Source: Gracilinanus agilis | Taxonomy: Eukaryota | DNA: 64,000 bases | Direction: 5' to 3' | Assembly (NCBI RefSeq): GCF_016433145.1 | Contig: NC_058130.1 | Span: 797,441,400 to 797,505,399 of the forward strand | Shown here: piece after piece, positions 58,195 to 64,000 of the stretch | Numbering within the stretch: the first letter of the stretch is position 1 | How the letters are laid out: every line of letters starts with the position of its first letter | Notes under the pieces: model-generated | What the model was told of the DNA's origin: nothing | Seen by the model: only the letters and a program-made list of their open reading frames with translations | The model's database searches: none | Translations under genes and position numbers: made by a program

Positions 58195-58390
58195 AGAGCT
58201 GGGTAGCTCAGTAGATTGAGAACCAGGCCTAGAGACAGGAGGTCCTAGGTTCAAATCTGGCCTCAGACACTTCCCAGCTGTGTGACCCTGGGCAAGTCAC
58301 TTGACCCCCATTGCCTAGCCCTTACCACTCTTCTGCCTTGGAACCAATAGACAGTATTGATTCCAAGATGGTAGGCAAGGGTTTTTTAAA
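58195..58390 (+). mobile_element. SINE1_Mdo-type SINE
   Basis: gagctgggtagctcagtagattgag...ggaaccaatagacagtattgattccaagatgg. Confidence 0.92.
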
Positions 58391-59523
58391 GAAGAGTTTT
58401 CTTTTCACTTTGCTGGGGAGCAGTAATGGGGAGTCGAAAGATACTCGCTTTGGAGTCAAAAAACTAAAATTCATCTGCTCCATATTGTATAAATGCAGAC
58501 AAGTCATCTCCCTTTCCTGGGAATCTGTTTCCTCATCTGTAAAATGAGGTGAAACTGGATAACCTCCATAGTCCCCGGAAGTTCTACATTCTTTATTGAC
58601 ATCCTCCAAGAGCAAACTAGGAATCCCCAGAGCCTGGTGCTTTACCCTTCTTCAGGTAGAGAATAGGAGTCTGCCTGGATCTGGGATGCTAGGCATTGGC
58701 AAGGGGAAGTCTGCAGTAAACCCATTGAATTAAGTGATCTCTGAAACCCTTTTATCTCTGAGATTGGGATGCTTTGGTCCTGCTCAAGGAGAGGACAAGG
58801 AAGAGAGGAATTGGAGCACCGTCTATCTATAATCAGTCTCCAGAAGAGGTTGCACCAAGTCCTGAGTATGAGACATGGCTTAGATTTTGGCTGGTGCAGG
58901 GAAATGGGGGGACATCAAGGCACTCTCTCTTCCAAGCGATCAGAGCCATAACTGAAGTGCTTTGAAAAAACTGTGTCACCTACAAGGGCATTTTTCTTGA
59001 GGTTTTGGTCTTCAGAGGCCATTTGCTGAGCCCAGGACACAAATCACTTTCTTAAAATGGCACATCTGTACTGTATTCTCTGCTGGGAACAAGGGAAAAG
59101 AAATCCAAAACATGACTCAGCTGCAGATGCCCCCGGCAGTCTGCTCCCCAGAGTTCTTCGTGGACCAAGACTTCTCTAAGGAGGCTGGAACAGGAAGAGA
59201 GGCCCTTGTGAGGGTCTAAAAACAAGTGCTGTGAGACAGAGGCCAGTACAACAGCTGGTGAAACTATAAAACCTCCATTCATCTGGCACAATTGTCCTTG
59301 CTTTGGACAGGGGCCAGACTAATATCCCACTGTGTTTCCTCAGCTGTGGCCAGCAGACTGAGCCTGGACAGCTCCAGAAGGACAGCCATTTCTGATGCTG
59401 GACAGCTCCTCATCAGTCCAGGCCTGAGGCAGCTGACTTTGCTCCAGTCAGACTGGCTTTTTGATTTTCCCACACTTGGAACTTTGTCTTTTCAGGCAGA
59501 TGTTGCCCCATCTTCAGAAGAGC

Positions 59524-61993
59524 ATGACTCAAACGCTTTGTTCACTTCTGATCTCTTTGCTGCCCATGCTTCCAGGCTCAGTGCAGAGGACAGAGAAGGC
59601 CCCCTGCTTCCACCAGCTTAATCCCGTTGTTTCCCACGATGGGGACCTGGTGATTGGGGTCTTTTTATCCTTGTTCTCACTTGAAGTGAATAGATTAATG
59701 ACGGCAGAACTGTTTCAAAGGCCTCCCAACAAACCTTGTGAGACTTACCAGTAAGTGTCTCCAGATCTGTCAGAGCTCATTTTGACTGTGATAATTAAAA
59801 AGAGGTCCTTCTACATAGAGCAGAAGGGGAGACCCATGAATCGTGAGACAATGGGGGCTCTCCCCCCCTTCTCTAGATATCTCTTACATTCTTGTCTGTT
59901 TTTCTGTGTGAAATGGAGTTCTAAAGCCAGACAGAGAAAACCCCTCTCCTCTTCTCCTCCTCCTCCCTGCTCCCCCTAAAATGGTTCATTCTCAGGACTT
60001 TGGTCACTAGGAGATACATTGGATGGCCCTTTGGCAGATGAATATTGTGGCTTCTTCTTCTGTATCTTCCTGTAGCCAGATGTTTCTGTAGATTGATCTT
60101 TCACTGTTTTAATTCCTTAAACTCCCTTATTTTCCTTTACAAGCCTTTCTTTCCTCACAAATAATATATTCTTGTGTCTATTTTGTCTAACAGAGAAAAT
60201 CATTAAATCATTTTAATCATTGCTTATCTTCTTTTCTCATCAACTCAGTGGATTTTGTGGTTTTTTATTAGAGGGAAAAGAAAGATCTGTCATCCCTTAG
60301 AGAAACCTTAAAGAAAAATCTGTTCTAACCAACATGGACTTTTAGACTGTCTGTAATCTTGAATTTGGTATTAAGAATATTTCTTCTTGGTGAGAATAGG
60401 TTCTCTCTTTCAGTCCTCCCTGGTTATAATTCAAAGGGAAATGAAGAAAGAGAGAAAGAAATGGACACAGGATGTTATATTATCAGAATACTAAGAAGGG
60501 ACTTCAAAATAGCAAATTCTGTGAACACTATCACATTAAGTAATAGGCAGGACGAAAGATTCTGCCATGCTCATCACCTTCTTCCATAAAAACAAATCTA
60601 GATTGTGTGAGCTGTCAGGATGTGCTGGAGGAATCTTACTAAGGTAGATTTATTTTTAAAACTTTGCCAAGAATAATAGAGGTAATTGTTCTTACCTCCT
60701 GGCTTCTCAGGTAAATATCTGGTTGCTGTCATTCAGTTGTTTAAGTTATGCCAGACACTTACTGACCCTAATAGGGGTTTTCTTTGCAAGGTGCTGGAAT
60801 TATTTGCCATTTCCTCCTCCAGCTCATTTTATACATTAGGAAACTCAGACAAACTGGGTTAGGTGACTTTCCCAGGGTTATATGGCTATTAAGTGTCAGA
60901 GGCCAGATTTGAACTCAAGTCATCCTAACTTCTTGGCCAATGCTCTAAACACTCTACTAACTAGCTTCCCCTTAAAGGGGGGCACTAAGTCACCATCTGT
61001 GAAATGATCTTGATTTTTCTACACTTCTCAGAGTTGGTTTGGGAAGATAAAGAAGTGAAGATAGAGGGAAGGCTTAGCGAGGACCTCACCTTTCCCTGAA
61101 AATATCAGACAGGACCTGAGTAAAATACTGATGGTCTAAATGTGCAGGACCTCTATTTCCACATCTGTATTATTTCTGTCATTTCCTCCTTTGGGATGAC
61201 ATCTTTCCAAAATACCCATATATCAAGATCATCCCATAATGAGCTTCATGAAACTTTCCCTTCTATCTCCAGGGCGATGGGGTCTTGCTCTGCCCAGCTT
61301 CCTTAGATCTCAATGCTATTCACCTTTAACATATCTCCTGCCACCTTCTACCACACTGACTGCTATATTTATTCTCTTTCTTTCACTTTCTATTGTCAAG
61401 GACCATCTAGATCTTCTATGGGATTCAGTACATACTGGATGCTCAATATCTGTTTGTAGAATGAGAGAGTGGCTCAGTCAGGCAGAGTCCCATTAGAATT
61501 AAAAGCCAATAGACCCTCGTCAGAAATCCCAAGAAGGGAAGGATATAGGAAAAAAGCCCATGGGGGAGTATTTTTAATACAATGAAATTACCTCACAACT
61601 CTAGAAGTCTTTCATTTTGACTCATATATCTGGGGAACTTTTCCTTATGAAAAGTATTCTTTTTTAATCTTTGCTCTATTCTATGAAATGCGATCCCACA
61701 GGTGGCTGTTTAAAAATACCCAGCAGGTCCTGGCTTTAATAGATGCTATAAAGGAGATTAACAGGGATCCCAAACTGTTGCCCAACATTTCCCTGGGATT
61801 CCAGGTCTACAATGCCTACCACAGTGATGCGAGGACCTTGGAGAGCTCCCTGAGGTGGCTGTCTGGGCAATACCAGTTCATCCCTAACTACAGCTGCAGG
61901 AAGCAGAACAGGACTGTTGCTGTTATTGGAGGAGGCACATCCACTCTCTCTGTCCAGATGTCCACCCTGCTCAACCTCTACAAATTTCCACAG
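59524..61993 (+). CDS. Vomeronasal type-2 receptor (family C GPCR), exons 1-2; gene continues beyond the window
   Basis: Exon 1 59524-59750 (signal peptide, CFHQLNP..HDGDLVIG.F, phase 2). Exon 2 61702-61993 (292 nt; KNTQQVLAL..AIKEINRDPKLLPNISLGF..YN...PNYSC...AVIGG..S..S......LYKFPQ|gtgagt). Both are open and in frame. Confidence 0.88.
60700..60960 (-). mobile_element. MAR1/MIR-type SINE in V2R intron 1
   Basis: tttgccatttcctcctccagctcatttt...ggtgactttcccagggt...gtcagaggccagatttgaactc. Confidence 0.75.
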
Positions 61994-62859
61994 GTGAGTG
62001 ATATTGAACCTGACATATTCTTTGCCTTTTTTCAACCAAAATAAGAATAATAGCAAAAACAACAATAACCAGTATTTATTAAGTGCTTTAAGCTTCTAAA
62101 AATGTTTTACATAAGTATTTTTGATTGTCACAACAAATGCATGTGGCAAGTGCTATTATTACACCCATTATACAGAAGAGGACACTACTATTGAGAACAG
62201 TTGTTACTCACCCAAGATCTTTAGCTAATAAGTTCCTATGGCAGAATTTGACCCCAGGTCTTCTTGACACTACTTGAACACCCTAGGCACTGAACCATAC
62301 AGCTCTGGAGAAGGAAGAATGTCCATTCTAGGATTGTTTTGTCTTGATTATGATAGGAACCAGTATGGCAGGTAAGGAGGAGGGATGTGTCTACTTCTCC
62401 AATCAGGCTGGTTCCTTTATCGTGTGATGTCTGAGTATTTATCTGATGCTCTGATATCAAACAATAGTGGTCAAGGTTAGTGAGACATGGCATTGCTCCT
62501 AATATGAGGTCAATGAACATTATTTTAATGGCTGAGCCCAATCTTATGGTTGAAGGTTGGGCAAGAAGTATCAGGTGGTTGGGCAGAAATTTTTATGCCT
62601 CTTGATGAATAGACATCATGTTTTAATTGTGCCTGGCTACAGTTACTGAGGTCTCATCTGCTGAGTGGATTAGATATGGAGAACCATAATAGTCTGACTT
62701 ATATTTGATGCTTTTTTATTTTCCATTTTCTCATGAAAAGCAGTAGATGTGCATCAGGCCTTTTATGTACAGTTACAGCAAACATTTCAGTTGTTTTCAC
62801 TTCTTTTTTTAAATATATTTTACTTCCTTAAATATTTCACAATTACATTAACATTTTTA

Positions 62860-63530
62860 TTTAAAATTTGATCCTTTAAAATGTGAACCAATATGTCTAA
62901 AGAGATATAAAGCCATGCCTTCCCTTTGACCCAGCAATACCACTACTAGGTCTGCTTTCCCCCAAAATTAAAAAAAAAAAAAGACCTATTTGTACAAGCT
63001 ATTTTGTGGTGACAAATAACTGGAAAATGATGGGGTTACTCATCAATTGAGGAATGGCAGAATAAAGTCTTTGTATATCATTATAATGGAATACTCTTGT
63101 GCAGAGTGGAGTGAGCAGAATCAGGAGAGCACAATAAAGAGTTACAGCAATATTGTATGAAGCACATCTGCGAATGACTTAGCTCTTCTCAGCAATACCA
63201 TAATGCAAAACTATCCCAAATTACTCCTGAGAAAAGACTGATGGAGTCTGAATTCAGTCCAAAGAATTCTATATTTCACTGTCTTTCTCCATTTGTTGTT
63301 GTTTTCTCATTTTATCTTCAGATTTTCTTTCACAAAAGGACAAATTTGGAAAAACACTTTCCATGGTGGCACTTGTGAAACCGATATCAGGTTGCTTAAG
63401 ACCTCAGAGAACAAAAATCAAAGGCCAGAAAAAGGGTGAGAATTTGGAACTCAAATTTAAAAAAAGAATGTTCACATGGCAATTACATGTAATTGCAGAA
63501 AAAATATCTTAAGAGAAAAATAAATAAACT
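62860..63530 (+). mobile_element. Old L1 3' fragment
   Basis: ccctttgacccagcaataccactactaggtctg...gtggtgacaaataactgg...cagaatcaggagagc. Confidence 0.75.
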
Positions 63531-63551
63531 TTGAAGTTCCATATTCTTTTT

Positions 63552-63762
63552 TTTTATTATTTTTTTTAAAACTGTTTTTTTTATTTTAAACCCTTAACTT
63601 CTGTGTATTGACTTATAGGTAGAAGAGTGGTAAGGGTAGGCAATGGGGGTCAAGTGACTTGCCCAGGGTCACACAGCTGGGAAGTGTCTGAGGCCGGATT
63701 TGAACCTAGGACCTCCCGTCTCTAGGCCTGGCTCTCAATCCACTGAGCTACCCAGCTGCCCC
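63552..63762 (-). mobile_element. Young SINE1_Mdo-type SINE
   Basis: Nearly consensus; TSD catattcttttt on both sides. Confidence 0.93.
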
Positions 63763-64000
63763 CATATTCTTTTTCACCCTTTCCCTCTATCAGTTACCTT
63801 TTATGAAGGCAAATAATATTTCAGTTATACATGTAAAGTCATTCAAAACCTATTTCCATATCAGCCCTGTTGAACAAAATCAAGCACAGAAAACCAAAGA
63901 AAAAGAAAGTAAATAGAGGGAATATGCTTCCAGCTGGACTCAGAGTTCCTTAGTTCTCTCTTTCTGGAAGTGGATAGCATTTCTCATTAAAGGTCCTTTG

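Noticed and set aside
59127-59250. cag|MPPAVCSPE as V2R exon 5
   Set aside because: Lacks the conserved CCFDC..CP cysteine cluster; similarity is limited to VCS.

Overview
Eukaryotic genomic DNA from a marsupial, very probably a didelphid such as Monodelphis domestica (inferred from SINE1_Mdo/MAR1-type SINEs, opossum-type L1 and a BovB-like RTE). The window holds two plus-strand KRAB-C2H2 zinc-finger genes. ZNF-A (ATG 23007, 12 fingers) has a clean 579-aa model. ZNF-B (ATG 38332, 17 intact fingers) only gives an intact protein if its terminal exon is split by an extra intron. A third, paralogous ZNF-type promoter and first coding exon lie on the minus strand (~11230-10083) with no recognisable KRAB or finger exons in the window. 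After a 500-N gap come V2R (vomeronasal type-2 receptor) sequences: an orphan pseudo-exon 4, and exons 1-2 of an apparently intact gene running off the right edge. The most striking element is a 2.4-kb Tigger/pogo DNA transposon (49397-51812). It has an unbroken 556-aa DD36D transposase ORF, is inserted at a TA inside a SINE about 0.4 kb after the ZNF-B stop on the same strand, and has a strong splice acceptor 30 nt before its ATG. As assembled there is no in-frame KRAB-transposase fusion, but a single-base indel in a T4 run would create one. The rest is dense, often nested repeat: ERV gag/pro plus LTR, several L1s, solo LTRs with TSDs, hAT MITEs, L2/MIR/MAR1. Family names come from recognition of motifs, not from database searches.
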